From the NCBI GenBank assembly GCA_030390025.1, contig CM059431.1:116686001-116750000 (forward strand): a stretch of DNA of 64,000 nucleotides. The letters are read 5' to 3'. The notes below the pieces were generated by a model. It made no database searches. It saw only the letters and a program-made list of their open reading frames with translations, and was not told the origin of the DNA. The DNA is from Squalus acanthias (Eukaryota). The position numbers and the translations under genes are program-made. This document shows positions 12,465 through 26,057 of the stretch, piece after piece. Within the stretch, counting starts at the first letter, position 1. Every line of letters starts with the position of its first letter.

Positions 12465-13180
12465 AGGGGGGAAAAATTGGGTTGTTTTGCGCCTTCCGTT
12501 AGTGCTCCCGGTGGGGGGGGGGTGCTAACGGGGCGCAAAGCCCTTAGCGCCTGGGCGCGGCACTGCTAACGCCTCCTGCGAAATTCAGCGGGAGGTTGGC
12601 TGCGGCAGTAGCCAGTAGCGTCCTGCGGCGCCGCACCTCCGTCGATGACGTCATCGCCGTGCGCTGTGCCCCGCTCGCAAACATGGCTTGCGCCCCCTGA
12701 CCTACCGCCGGACGCTATGTCCGACAGGGTCCAGGGTGGTGTTTTTGCAGCCGCGGCGGCGCAAGTTAAAGGGCAGGTGCCGGGAGGCCATTTTTTTTTG
12801 GCCGCCTGCCAGCACCTACTGCCTTCCGCTTTTTCATGCGGGGTGCCAGCTGTGATCCTCTGAGTGCCAGGCTGTATTCCCGCATCCCGCTCCCCGGTGG
12901 TCCAGCAGGGCCCCCGGTGCATGCTGCACTAGGCCCTTCCCCTTTAATCAGGGGAGGGAGGCTTGTAATACTGCGGCGCTACGTGCCGACGCACGTGGTG
13001 CTGTTACACGTAGTGCCGCGACATTGAATGGCAGTGCCCCAGGAGGGAGGGTGAGCGCTTCCAGTACTGCCCCGCCTCCTGCTTGGGGCACCACCACTCA
13101 ATTTATGGCACAGAGGAGCTAACTTTTTCAGGCCGCTAAAGGTAGCGCCCCGGCGAAGTTAGCGCCCCAAAGGGGGCTAT
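12465..13180. mobile_element. GC/CpG-rich probable non-autonomous DNA transposon
   Basis: Abrupt GC/CpG-rich block in AT-rich flanks, G-rich start, recurring TAGCGCC(CC) motifs near both ends. TIR not cleanly resolved. Confidence 0.45.
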
Positions 13181-13884
13181 TCAAAACATTCAGTGACAAT
13201 ATTTTTTTTTTAAATTGGTTGACATTATTGCAAGGCTATAAGAAACATGAAAATATATAGTGAAGGCCTTATCAGTTTAACACTAGCATTTTCTGATGTA
13301 TTTAAATATCCAGACCTTTAACGTATTTTTATCCTTTATAGACTTTTACTGAGTGGTGACTAATCATTTTGTTTACAATTAGTCTTCAGTCCGACTAGCG
13401 TTGTTCAATGCTGTTTTGCTGGTGTCATATAAAAAAAAACTTGACAACAATTGAGCCTCAACAGAACCTATTCCCTAGATATATCAAAACTTACAACATG
13501 GTGATGTTTTGGATTTAGCTAACATCGTCAATCAAAGTGAATCACTATTGCTTTCTGTGACAAACCTTTAGTCACGTCGCTTCGGTGGTGTTAATGCACA
13601 GATCCTTCTGTCAAAATGTGATTGTGAAGTCAGCTTCTTCTGACATTCATCTCAATAGCTTTGTAAACTCCTCATCTTTGACACTGGACAGTTACTTTGA
13701 GGATGTGTATGTGACTCTGGAAACTTTGAATTAATACGGATTTGACTGTTTTCTACTATTAAACATTCTTTTAGGGCCCATTAAACTCCTATTCGCTTGT
13801 CATGTAATGATAGCTGTGTTGGATTATGACAGTTCCTCTTGCGTATTTAGTTTTCCTTTAGCTCCACATTCTTTTTGATTTATT

Positions 13885-14619
13885 GGGCTGGATTTTGAAG
13901 TTGGAGTCGGGTTGGGGTCGGGAATCACACATTCTGGCTTGTGAACCCGCCTCCATCGAGATGTGGCCAACCCACTGTATTTTCCCTTGATTGACCTTGT
14001 TGAGCCCGCCCAGTGGGCTCAGCAGGCCAATTAAGGGCCACCCGGCAACAGGTGATGTCACAGACTGACATTTCATCTGTCAAGAGCTTTTGACAGATGA
14101 AATATCAACGTTTGACAGCTCTGTGAAGCTGTTAAACACTCACAATATGATTTCTAACTTCAGTCCTTCCTTTCAGGCTGAGTTAGAAATCATTCCAGCA
14201 CAGAAAACAGAAGGCTGCAGGTTTTGACAGAACCACGGCTTTCCTGCTTTCTGTGCCGGTGAGATTTCTAACTCCCGAGAACTGAAGGGCTGACACCTGC
14301 AGGAGGAAGTTAAGGTAAGTAAAACTTTTTTCAACACTTAGCACTTACCTTACACACTTACCTCTGCACACATGCACCCATCACTCACCTGCCCACCGGA
14401 TATATCGACCCCTCCAACCCCTGCAGACCCACAGCCCGCCCCGATAACTTGGAGTGGTTGCCACCTGTCGGGAAGCCCACAGTTTTCTTTTTAAAATAGG
14501 GATTATGCAAAAAACTGCCTGTTAACTGGAGTCGGGATGGGGTCAGGACCCCCGAATATGCAACTTTACCCCCCCTCCGACTCCAAACCTGACTCCACGG
14601 GTCATTGAAAATCCAGCCC
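13885..14619 (+). mobile_element. Harbinger-like MITE, family A
   Basis: 12-bp perfect TIR GGGCTGGATTTT/AAAATCCAGCCC. The internal TTGATTGACCTTGTTGAGCCCGCC is shared in reverse orientation with the copies at 19.5-20.3 kb and 45.5-46.1 kb. Confidence 0.75.
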
Positions 14620-14670
14620 TTAGAATCTGCTTATGTTTTGGCTTCCTACGGATGTTATAACATTTTGCAC

Positions 14671-15806
14671 TGTGACGGTCACATATGACCTTGTTTCCAG
14701 GCTAGCTGTCTGCTGTTTGTGTGCTAGGAAGGTTGTTTTATGTATCTTTAATTTGACCAATCAAGGCCCAATGCCTATGTTTCTTATGGCATGTCTGACT
14801 CCAAACTAGGGAGGATAGGGACAAGGGAGATAAGAGAAATTCTGATGGGTAGGCCTTCGAAACGTATAAACAATAAAGCATGTGTAATGATTGTGAAGAC
14901 CCCTCCTGGAGGGAGGATCTTCATCTCGAGGTTGAGAAAAAGAACTCAATGTGCCATAGTGCACCTTGGTTTAGGAAGAGCCCTTACAGGTTAAATGGTC
15001 CTGTCTATATTTTACATCAGGCCAACCCCTAAAAAAGGGTATAAGAGAAAGACCTGAAAAGCCCTTAGCACAAACGGTGGAGGGGAGAGCCATACAAGAG
15101 TGGGGCTGGTCTAACACTCTTCTGGGAGCAGACTCAACCCATTCTTGGAGGCTCTAGACTTGAGGGAGAAAGACCATAAGCCGGAGAACTGTTCGCGCAC
15201 TCCAGCTGTCTGTCCGATCGGGACCGGTACCAGCTGCTTGTCACGGTCGTATGTTTTTGTTGTATAACTAGCATGTTATATTCCATCTTAAACTCTGATT
15301 AAACAACACGGTGGCATAGTGGTTAGCACTGGTGCCTCACAGCGCCAGGGACCCGGGTTCGAATCTGACCTCGGGTGACTGTCTGTGTGGAGTTTGCACA
15401 TTCTCCCCGTGTCTGCGTGGGTTTCCTCCGGGTGCTCCGGTTTCCTCCCACAGTCCAAAAATGTGCGGGTTAGGTTGATTTGGCTATGATAAATTGACCC
15501 TTAGTGTTAGGGGGGGATTAAATATGTGGGGTTATGGGGATAGGATGGGATATGTTAGGGGAAATTAAATACGTGGGGTTACGGGGGTAGGGTGGGATAT
15601 GTGTACTGTGGGGATTAAAGCAGGGACAGGGTACTGGATTTGGATGATCAGCCATGATCGTATTGAATGGTGGAGCAGGCTCGACGGGCCGAATGGCCTA
15701 CTCCTGCTCCTAGATTCTATGTTTATGTTTTATGTAAACACAATATACCCACCATATTGGTTTGCAGTCGATCCTGATTATTTGAACGAGATTGGTATTC
15801 TCTACA
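14671..15806 (+). mobile_element. Possible solo LTR interrupted by an HE1-like SINE
   Basis: Starts TGT, ends ACA, TATA-like GGGTATAAGAG near 15040, ATTAAA near 15298. No convincing TSD. Confidence 0.35.
15307..15734 (+). mobile_element. HE1-like V-SINE (tRNA head, V-domain, CR1-derived tail)
   Basis: A box TGGCATAGTGG, B box GGTTCGAATC, V-domain GTGGAGTTTGCACATTCTCCCCGTGTCTGCGTGGGTTTCCTCCGGGTGCTCCGG. Tail nearly identical to the CR1 3' end at about 44980-45085. TAAACA on both flanks. Confidence 0.88.
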
Positions 15807-15814
15807 AGCTAACG

Positions 15815-16490
15815 CTCCCCATCCTGCTACGGGCGGGAGGTGGTCAGGGAGGGGTGTTCAACACTTAAAAACGTGAAATGTGACCCCAACCCGTCTGCTG
15901 CCATTTTCATGGCGGCGTAGCATGCCGTGCCAGTGTCCCGTCTAGGAGAGGCGGGATACTTCATTAACATATTTAAATCAGGCTCGCACAGTGCAATTGG
16001 GAGCCTGAGTTAAATTTAACTGCTGCCGGCTGGGTTTTCTCAGGGCTCAGGAAACCTGGCAGTGAAAGGGAGACTGGAGCTGCCGGCTGTAGAAAGCAAG
16101 TGGTTTTGTAGCACTCCTTTGCTGGCCAGGCGGAGCAGGAGTGCTTCCCCCGGCCCCTCAAGGAAGCCTTTGGCCTCCTTTCTGCTGATTGCAGCCTCTC
16201 TCTAGCCCCTGCCACAATCGACGATCCCACCCATCAACCCCCGCCAATCCCCAATCTAGCCTGCGATCCGCTCCCGATTGCCCAGGACTGTCCCCAAGGG
16301 TCCCCGGCTGTGGACTACTGCCGTTGGTTTTCCCACCCGGAAGCCAGCCAGCCTGTCAATTTGGCCGGCTGCCGGGTAGGATACAGAAGAAAAAAAATGA
16401 TAATGAGGTCCTGCCGTTAAATTCGGCAGGACCTCGGCATCCCTGGCCTTGTCGGGTTTCCCCCGCACCAACCCCACAAATAACGGCGCC
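15815..16490. mobile_element. Harbinger-derived MITE, family B
   Basis: Shares ATATTTAAAT, GAGCAGGAGTGCTTCCCC and CCCACCCGGAAGCCAGCCAGCCTGTCAAT-type motifs with the copies at 26.1 kb and 46.8 kb. Confidence 0.55.
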
Positions 16491-17479
16491 ATTCTGTCAG
16501 AAAAACCTCCAGATCTACAGCAAGCTATCTCACTGCTCTACCATTATTGTAAATAATTCCTTTTGCTTGTCAATATTACATATAAATGCCACAGTGCATG
16601 CATTATCATACAAATATTCACCTTAATGAATCGCTGGAACATTAATGTGAAGCGTTGGATCAGTGCTGTGTGAGTAGCATAATTCAAGTGTAAAATTACC
16701 CGAATCATACAGGCTGGCAGTGCAAGAGATGCCTTGGACCATTTTGGCTTCACACCAGTTTCAATATAACTAAAACCAGTGTTGTAAGTTTTAAGGGACA
16801 AAATACCTTGCGAGTTCTGCCAGTTTTTCATCAGAATTACAGTGGGAGATTAGTGGTACCATCCAAAAAATGACAGATACTAGGACGCATTGGGTTTCCA
16901 CTGTTTTCAGGACTTTCAACTTGCCTTGTAAGATAGAGAAGCTCTGCCTGTCCCTTACAAGGCAAATGTAATCAGGGAGATGGAACAAGGGAATCGGGAC
17001 TTCCTATGCTCGAGGTTTAAGCTCCAGTGGCCTTGGTCAAGGCCCAACATATCTTTGGAGGCTGGTACACCCAGTGAGGAGAGGTGTACCAGCGTCCAAG
17101 TGGATGGATGTGAGTCCCACCAAGGCTGTCTAGGCCAGAGAAGTGGAAGGGATGATATGGGGACTGGGCAATCCACTGCCCAAATGGCAGGCGGGTTACC
17201 AGAGTTTCTGGCCACATCGGACAGGTGGATGGTGTAGATGTGCCCATATTGCCACATATACCCACCTGCTCCGTCCTAATTAGGTGCCTTCCCATTGACC
17301 TTGCAAACTCTAGCAGTGTCAGTGCTGCAAAACACCGGCTGAGGCAATCCTGGCGTCCTGAGGAATTTTGACATGTAAATGTTGCATGGGACTGTATCGG
17401 ACCAGCCAAGAAATTTCAAACGTTCATGTTTAATCCTTTTAGTGTTAGCAGAGGTGGGCCTGTTGCACATTTTATTTTC

Positions 17480-17875
17480 ACTTGTTAATTTTCCCTTTCC
17501 CTCTTGAAGCTGTTGACTCCTTGCTGGGGTGCAGTTTTACAGGGGCCAATTGCACTCCAGCACTTTGCCCCAAATGGTCGTCATTCATGCAGGAACCTCG
17601 ATGATCGGTTACAGCAAGCTAGTTGACCGTAAAGGAGCATCATAGCCAAGCTCGATCCTGTGATCGCCTGGACTTCCAAGCACTCACTTCCAGTATAATG
17701 GCCCGAGGCAGGAGCTCGAGGACAATTTTCTCTTCCTAATTTAAGGCTGCTGTGCCAATTGTGATGCACCTACTGACTCAGCTCAGCTAACACAGCATAG
17801 CCAGGCATCAAACCTGGGACCTTCCTGCTCTGTACGGCTCAGCTATTCACTGGATCAATTTGCTGAGCTGCCGGA
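17480..17875 (-). mobile_element. Old tRNA-derived SINE-like repeat (related copy near 37320-37620, +)
   Basis: Minus strand ...GTCCCAGGTTTGATGCCTGGCTATGCTGTGTTAGCTGA matches + strand GTCCCAGGTTAGATTCCCGAGCTATGCTGAGTTAGCTGA at about 37373. Confidence 0.45.
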
Positions 17876-18644
17876 GAAGCTAATTTGAAAACCTAAACTG
17901 TGAAGCAGCATTCTGTTTTTCTTGTGCGGCGAGTTATTTCGGGCCGGCAATGTAACTCAAATCTGTCAATCCTTTGTAGCTGCAAATAGGTACTTGTCTC
18001 GCAACCTGTACCAGTGGAGTGACAACACTCCTAGCCTGTTTCACACCCCAGAAATAAGCATTGCACTTTACTTTGCAAAACATATGCTGAATATGCTCTA
18101 GTAGTGTGAAGGTGAGTAAGCTTTTCCCTTGATATTTTCTTTAAATATGTGCATAACCTTTGGATAAACCCACTGTTTTCTGTGTGCCACAATCCAATAA
18201 CAAGACAGTTTAACAACACGCCATTTGGTACAGATCGCACGTCCTAATTTGACCATTAGGTTCTCATGGGAAGTAAATCTGTTCAGAATGTCCAGCACAG
18301 CCCAAAATCTCAGTATCACTTCAAAAATGGGGCAATTTAAACCTATACGAGTTGAGGTAAAAATAAATGAAATTATATTTATATAGTCAGAGATATATTG
18401 CTTTGATGGCACAAGTACAATTTTCAGTAATAGATTGCTGTTCATGGTTAAGATAAGACATTTAACTTGATATTCTACCACTTTGATCATTCGATTCAAA
18501 GGGATGATAAAACGTGCTGGGAAAGTCAACAGGGTTTTGTTTACCTGTGTTTTTCTTTGTGGGAGCAGGAATCAATATTTTTGTTGATGTACAGCAACCA
18601 GGCCATTAAATGAGCTTTTCAAAAGCACTTAATTAATAATGTGG

Positions 18645-19013
18645 TTATGGTAGCATAGTGGTTATGTTACTGGACTAGTAATTCAGAAACGTGGACTAAT
18701 AATCCAGGGACGTGAGTTCAAAACTCACCATGGCAGCTGGGGAATAAAAAGCTACTATCAATAATGGTGACCATGAAACTACTGGATTGTTGTAAAAAAA
18801 CATCTGGTTCACTAATGTCCTTTCGGGGACTAAATCTGCAGTCCTTACCTAGTCTGGCCTATATGTGACTCCAGACCCACAGCAATGTGGTTGACTCTTA
18901 ACTGTTCTCTGAAATGGTGGCTCACCGCCACCTTCTCAAGCGCAATTAGGGATGGGCAATAATTGCATTTAATTGCCAGTGATGCCCACATCCCATGAAC
19001 AAATTTAAAAAAA
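18645..19013 (+). mobile_element. tRNA-headed SINE sharing 5' head and 3' tail with the LINE at 60214-63565
   Basis: A box TAGCATAGTGG and B-box-like AGTTCAAAACTC. Body matches about 60223-60521; tail GCTCACC..CCTTCTCAAG..AATTAGGGATGGGCAATAA..CCCACATCCCATGAA followed by an A-rich end. Confidence 0.85.
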
Positions 19014-19539
19014 TATTCATTTGGCTCCGAGCTATACATTCTCAGTTTTGACCATTGGCATATAAGAACATAAGAACTTAAGAACATGTAGACTAAGTAG
19101 TTATTACAAAAGAAAATTCTTCGTCTATTTTGCTCACACCTTTGTGAAGCACTTTGGGATGATTTTCTACATCATATAAATGCAGGTTGTGGTAAAAGGG
19201 CTGAGCAATTCTAACAGAGCCATTCATTGACCTGTATAAAATTGATATATTTTTTCACGTGTTTAGAATTCAGCTGTGGGTCTAAATTCTAAATGTGACT
19301 TCTAATTGTATTTTTTAAAATTTGTGGATATGTTTTACTTTTGTTCCTACAACATTTACAAATATTAGTTTCCTACTGGGATATACAATCAATTTTTATC
19401 ATTCCTTTCAGTAGTTGAAGTAGAACTTGTTAAAAATGGGTACTCACCCCCAGTCTTGTGTATCCTTTATTACTGTCAACCTGCATGATTTTTCCTTTGA
19501 TGATTTTCTTTTAAAGAAAGGCAAGGGGAGAGCATGCAG

Positions 19540-20308
19540 TAAAAGTCATCAGTGAGGGAGAGCGCCTCCAACCAATCTTCCCGGGAGTCGGGTCCCCGAT
19601 TTACGCAGGGGCCCGACTCCTAGAGGCGGGAAGAGGATTATAGCCACTTAACTGCCTGTTAACAGGTAGTTAACAGGCAGTTAAGAGGCTTTTTTCAATT
19701 TTTCGACTGCTGCTGCGGGCTTCCCGACGTCGGGAACCCCGCCAGGGTAAGTGAGGCGTGCTGTGGGTCTGTTGGTGTTTGGATGACAGCTGCAGAAGTG
19801 GTGTGAGGAATGCAATTGAACACTGGTTAGTATCAGAGGTAAGGACATGTTGTGAAAGTAATTTTTAATGTGGTTAGATGTTTCTGCAGGTGACAAGCTG
19901 TGAAGTGTTTGTGTAGCCTCATCTCATCAGGAGAAGTGACAGATGGCTTCTGCAATCTCAGCTGCAGCTGCCATCTGTTTTATCCTAGGGAGAGAGTAAT
20001 TGGAGAGCCCGGGTACAAGGGCTCACCTTTGGACAGTGATTGTCAGTGTTTGACAGCACCTCAATGCTGTCAAACACTGTCAAGTCATCTGCCAAACAAG
20101 TGTGGTGCATATGCCTTTAAGAAAACCAGCAGATGAAGCGTCATCAACTGACGTCATCTGACACCGGCTTTCCCTTAATTGGCGGGCTTAACAAGGTCAA
20201 TCAGGGCAAAATAGCGTCTGTTCGTCAGACGTCGCTGGGGGCGGGACTAGAACCCGAAAACCAGCAGTCTCGCCTTGAATTCGGCCTGGAAGGTAAGATT
20301 CCGCCCCG
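19540..20308 (-). mobile_element. Harbinger-like MITE, family A relative
   Basis: GGCGGGCTTAACAAGGTCAATCAGGG is the reverse complement of the motif at 13985-14010. Confidence 0.6.
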
Positions 20309-20362
20309 AGTGTTCAATACAGTTCATTCACAATAATCTAGACATTATTCACAGCACTGTTA

Positions 20363-20772
20363 TGGGGTGCAGTAGCATAGTGGTTATGTCACTGGACTAG
20401 TAATCCTGAGGCCTGGGCTGATGATCCAAATGAATGTAGTTCAAATCCCACCACGGTAACTGGGAAATTTAAGTTCAATTAATTAAATAAATCTGGAAAA
20501 AAAGGGCTAGTAGCAATGACCATGAAACTACCAGATTATCAAATCCCTCTGGTTCACTAATGTCCTTTAGGGAAGGAAATCTGCCATCCTTACCCAATCT
20601 GGCCTATATGTGACTCTAGACCCACAGCAATGTGGTTGCTCTGAAATGGCCTAGCAAGCCATTCAGTTCTATAAGGGAGCTCACCAACACCTTCTCAAGG
20701 GAAATTAGGGATGGGCAAAAAATGCTGGCATTGCCAGTGACGCCCACATCCCCTGAATGAATTAAAAAAAAA
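20363..20772 (+). mobile_element. Second copy of the tRNA-headed SINE
   Basis: A box TAGCATAGTGG, B box AGTTCAAATCC, same body and LINE-type tail, poly(A). Confidence 0.85.
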
Positions 20773-22471
20773 ATCACATTAGCATCAAATTCTTTTATCT
20801 AGCTCCACTTAAAGAGTGGATAGAGAAATTTTACATGATTGAGCTAAACATTTGTATGATAACATCACTAACAATAACTTCCAGGCTTCTGTGATTTTTT
20901 AATTCAAGAGGGGAGCATTTAATAAAAATTGCTGTTGTGATTTTTTTTAAAAGGAAAGGGGATTTTCAGTAAATGTCCTCAGTTGTGATAAGCCACAGAT
21001 AATAACAGGCACACCAATTCCATCAAATTCGCGACAACACAAGCTAATTTATAAAAGGAAGTTAGTTAATCAAAAATATTGCAGACTGTTCTCAGCTAAC
21101 TGCTCATCTAAATTTTTTTCACATCCTGTTTCTATCAGTGTGGGTCTCTTTCAATGTATCTCTATTCCTTTGGTTGTTTTTTAAAAAAATTCAAAATCAA
21201 AATGATTTATTTCAACATGGTTTTCCTACATTTCTCATTTTTTTAGATCGCAAGCTTCAGGTTTCAGTCAGAACTAAAGTTCCATAAAGTTCATCATTCA
21301 CACAATTTACTGCAAGTCAAAATTTTGAGCTTGTATTTGCTTTTATCTATCATGAGACTCCAAAATGGCCATAACATGGGAATAAGAGGAATTCAAGAAG
21401 ATAATATAGTTTCAGGGCCATTTGAAGCTCTTTATTTCTTTTAACTTGATTCTAGAAAGAGAAAAGAATAGTTCAGCAATATTTTATTGTCCATCACCAT
21501 TTCATAAGTGAATGTCATTGCCCACAATTTATTTTGAACTGTTGTCTGACTTACACCCTGTTATAAGAGCTTTAAATTTGTTTTAATACAATACAATATG
21601 ATTTAATCAAATTATTATACATTTTTGTATACTACAGTTATGTCGTTATTGAAAGCATCTAGAACAGTTTATAAATTCCAGACAATTATTTAATAGCAGT
21701 TCACCAGGGCTTTAACATAAATGAAGAACTCAGCCCAGTTTTGAGCCATCCCAACACAGAAATTCCTTGAGGGTATGCCATGCTTGCATAAATTATAATA
21801 AATTAAAATAGTCTTTAAAGTGAAGTACATTTATATATTTAATCATGCTTATATACTTTTTTTGGGGTGAGCCCTAAAGATAGCATCTCTGCATGCCAAA
21901 CAACCACACCCAGAAGGGTGGCTTTACTAGCAGTTGATCCTGACAACTCAACCAGCGCTCCTCTGAAAACGATCGGCCCCCATCGTCACTGCTGAGCTGA
22001 CGGTTGGGAATTTAGTAATAGTTGTCGTAAATACTTTTATTATTTTCGGAGAAATTTTCTGTTAGTTTCTGCTCGTCAGGGTGAAGATGTCAATGACGTA
22101 AAATGGTCTGTTTTAATAATTTTTGACATCCACTGTTGGGCCTGAATATATGGGTTACAATTAGATTTGCCTTTTCCAAACTCTCCCATCAATGTCCTTT
22201 AACCTGAACTCAAAGCAGCATTCTTTTTTAGGACATCTGAATTTCCCACATCAGTTTTCTAATGGCCTCTCTGAGCAAGACTGCTAATTTACTGTCATTT
22301 GCACAGAAGCACGGGCAGTTTTGTGCTTCAGTGTTGCACTCAATAGGAACTGAATTAAGATTATTTTAACTCATTTTAATAATGATATTATAGCCACTGC
22401 AGAGGGGAAAACTTTAATCCATCACTCCTGGCTGGATTCTAAATCAGGTCCTGCTGGTGAAAGGACAGTGT

Positions 22472-22557
22472 GGGAGTAAAATTCAACTTCAGTGGAGAAA
22501 GGGAAATCTGCTCCCCCCCCCCCATTTTGTGCCCCACGGAAGTTGAATTTTACGCCC
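22472..22557. repeat. Tiny hairpin/MITE with about 24-bp inverted termini
   Basis: GGGAGTAAAATTCAACTTCAGTGG versus CCACGGAAGTTGAATTTTACGCCC (2 mismatches). Confidence 0.7.
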
Positions 22558-23804
22558 GTCTTAATCCATTGTCTAAATTTATGAATGTCCTTTTTATGTA
22601 TCAACCAAATTTGCTATTGAGACTTTGCTTTTTCTTTCTTTCTTACCATCCATCCATGTTCCCACATTACATGATGGCAAAAATGAACCCACTCCAATTA
22701 TTGTGGAAATATTTTCTTTTTAATCTGTTTTCCCTTTTGAAAAGTTAGCAGAGGACTATCGTTTTACGGAACTGAAATGCATAATATCGCAACAAGAAAG
22801 AGGCTGTGCTTTTTGTAACAAAACTGGGCAGGTGCAAGCGTTAGGTCACAATTCATGCTCAAGACTGTAAAAAAGGTTCCTGTATGATGTGATTGAGGTG
22901 ATTCTTTAGAAACTAAAACATCTCTGTTTGCTGTAGTTGCCATTTAATTATACCACCATAATTTATTTTTATTATTATGCTCATTATGATGTCCCATGTT
23001 GCACTTACTGACATTCTTAAGTAATCTAAGCACTCCTGGAAGAATTATGACTTTTGTTTTGTTTTGTTTTGAGTTTGTATCACTAAACTGAAATTTCTAC
23101 ATTCTGCGGAAATGTATCATCCTTTTTCAGTGGGCCAGATTTCAACTTAGTTCTTCAAAGTTAAAAGGACGGGGTTTAGATGAAGTAAGCCCAATCTTAT
23201 CAAAGTCCCTTTGTAATAGTAGATGTTCGCTATGAATAATATGTTTTTGATCATCTTGAAAGAAAGACCACTTGTCATGCTGGAAAGAGAAATAGAAAAA
23301 TCTGGAAACTAATTTGGCTTCACTTCAGAGTCTACATCGCCCATGTCAGATGTGACTTTGGAAATTATAAACTTATTGTTCTTGATCCATTACAAATGTA
23401 TAACGTCAAAAGTGAAAATAAAAATAAGTTACATTTACATCAATGTTAAACAATTTTAAAATATGTAGACATACTAAGCCATCAAAAATGTTTTGTATTG
23501 CACTTAGCAAGTCCTTAGGACATAGATTTTAACTCATGCCAGTTATATGCATACAGGTTAATGTGATTTTGTCAAGAGTGACACCAACATTATGAACAAC
23601 CCAGGTCTCACAAAGTACAGTCAGAACTCAGGCATATTAAAAGTCACTATTATCTTATGTATTAACTGAGCTAAATTGGTAGCTGTCAAAAATGAATCAC
23701 TCCTACAAAGCTATAATTTGTACAGTGCGCAGTAGGTAAGTGCCATGCTTTAGTGTGAAAGGTTTTTCAGGAAGGCCAGGAAGGACTCACAATTACTCTG
23801 CCCT

Positions 23805-24520
23805 ACATAAGAACATAAGAATTAGGAGCAGGAGTAGGCCATATGACCCCTTGAGCCTGCTCCGCCATTCAATAAGATCATGGCTGATCTTCGACCACAA
23901 CTCCACGTTCCTGTCCTATCCCCATATCCTTTGATTCCTCTGGAGGCCAAGAATCTATCTATCTCAGCCTTGAATATACTAAACGACTGAGCATCCACAG
24001 CACTTTGGGGCAGAAAATTCCAAAGATTCACAACTCTCGAGTGAAGAAATTCCTCCTCATTTCAGTATTAAAACGCCGGCCACTTATCCTGAGACTATGC
24101 CCCCTAGTTCTAGACTTTCCAGCCAGGGGAAACAATCTCTCAGCATGTATCCTGTCAATCCCCCTCAGAATCTTATTTGTTTCGATGAGATCACCTCTCA
24201 TTCTTCTAAACTCCAGAGAGTATAGAACCCAATCTACTCAATCTCTCCTCATAGGACAATCCTCTCATCCCAGGAATCAATCCAGTGAACCTTCGCTGCA
24301 TCACCGCTAAGGCAAGTATATCCTTAAATAAGGAGACCAAAACTGTGCACAGTACTCCAGGTGTGGTCTCACCAGAGCCCTGTACAATTGTAGCAAGACT
24401 TCCTTACTCTTGTACTCCAACCCTTTAGCAATAAAGGCCAACATGCCATTTGCCTTCCTAATTGCTTGCTGTACCTGCATACTAACTCTCTGTGTTCCTT
24501 GTACAAGGACACCTACATAT
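23805..24520 (-). mobile_element. 5'-truncated CR1 (RT C-terminus and 3' UTR)
   Basis: QVQQAIRKANGMLAF…RPHLEYC on the minus strand; (CATAAGAA)n tail. Confidence 0.92.
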
Positions 24521-26057
24521 CTATCTGTGTGTCTCAATATATGTAAATGCCTAGAGTGATTGGTATATTAAATGATGAACTGACTTCAAGACGTACCACA
24601 TTACGCATCATAGATTTAAAATACTTTTTCTTTTATTTTGACAAATTTCTCCCCTTGTCCTCTTCTTGACTCCACCTGGGTACAGCTCTTGGATTTGGGT
24701 GCCCTTTGGTACCTTGTCCAAATGGCTGTTCTGAAAATAGAAACAAAACACGTCATAATTATGGCTCCAGGAGACACCATCAAATACAGCTTGCAATGCA
24801 AGATACTTTTGTGATGTTTCATGGATTATGCCTGAGTGAAGAGAGAGACAAGACATTGACAAGATCAGCATAATAACAGCTTTGAGGCCAAGGAGACCTC
24901 CAGCTTTAGCTTACCTTACTCCCTGAATGCTCTTGTAACCAAAAATGTTATGGTGGCCTCCTCAAAGAGAGTTGAGTGTATGACATTGCTGGGCCCTTCT
25001 TCTGTTTGGGCCTTATCATATTTAAGGGTTTCTGACAATTCTCTCCTCGAAGGATTTTGGTCTAATCTATGTTAGAAATGCGACTATTTAAGTTAACTAT
25101 AGTTTGCAAGGGGTTAAATTCGCAGAACCGGAAATGTAGATTAGGATTCAGGTGAAGCATCTGAACCAGACTGCTTTAGACAGTGAAAATTAATTGAGGG
25201 AGATTCCAGTGAACACTTTCATCATCCAAAAAGAACACTCACACCTTTTATTATCGATAGCAATGGAGCAAATAAAGGAGCAAGATATCCACCTGGGGAA
25301 GGAACTGAGCAAAGTGAAGATGAAGATCCAGAAGAGACACGTATAAAGCCACTTTTGCAGGCAGCTAGAGCCATACATTGATCTCTGCACAAACAACTAT
25401 CACAGATCCTATCCTTCCATTTGCTAAAATCTTGTATGACACCATCTCAAGAAAACTCTCTGGAACATCTGCAAAAAATTTCAACCAAATTAATTCCCTT
25501 CCAAGTACTCCGTGCATGTGTGCTTACCATATTTTACCCTGGTGTTTCCCCTTGGTAGTAGTGCATGTTCCAGTTCCTAATTTCAAGCTCCTTTTAAAAG
25601 CTTCCCCATGGCTGGAGTGAGTGAGGTGGCCAGCTGCTATGGCTCAATGGGAGCCTCTTGGGATTGAAATGGTCCTTTTCCTCCATGTGCTATGTCATGG
25701 GATATCCCTGTAACTAATTCTGCTATGTCCACTACTGTAGAAGATGCTTGGTCCTACCTGCTTACTGCCACCTCCTCTGGCATTTGTAAGGAGGGGGATG
25801 GACCAGATGGACTACACATGGAATCATCATGAAAGACAACACCCTCATCTGTGCCCTCTTCAACTATGACCTTGTTGCTGGGCACCACCTCAGCATATGC
25901 ACTGATCTGCGTGGAAACAGACCTGAGAGTAGCAATGAGGTCTACAAATTCCCGTCACAACATTCTCTCCAGCTAATACTCAAGCATGCTGAAACCAGAC
26001 AAGAAAGCCTCCATGTCAGCATTCGCAAGAGATACTTTAACTGGGCTCAGGAACTTT

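Noticed and set aside
12465..13180. CpG-island promoter (also 39471-40212)
   Set aside because: Sharp boundaries, plus TIRs and a TSD for the 39.5 kb block, fit young DNA transposons better; no associated first exon seen.
16960..17280. Possible ancient RTE-type LINE C-terminus on the minus strand (QYGHIY…DQGHW)
   Set aside because: Similarity is too weak to call by eye.
19449..19510. Minus-strand exon candidate KIIKGKIMQVDSNKGYTRLG|gtgagt (and similar candidates at about 12122-12202 + and 49253-49345 -)
   Set aside because: No recognisable protein and no consistent multi-exon chain; cannot be supported without RNA or homology data.
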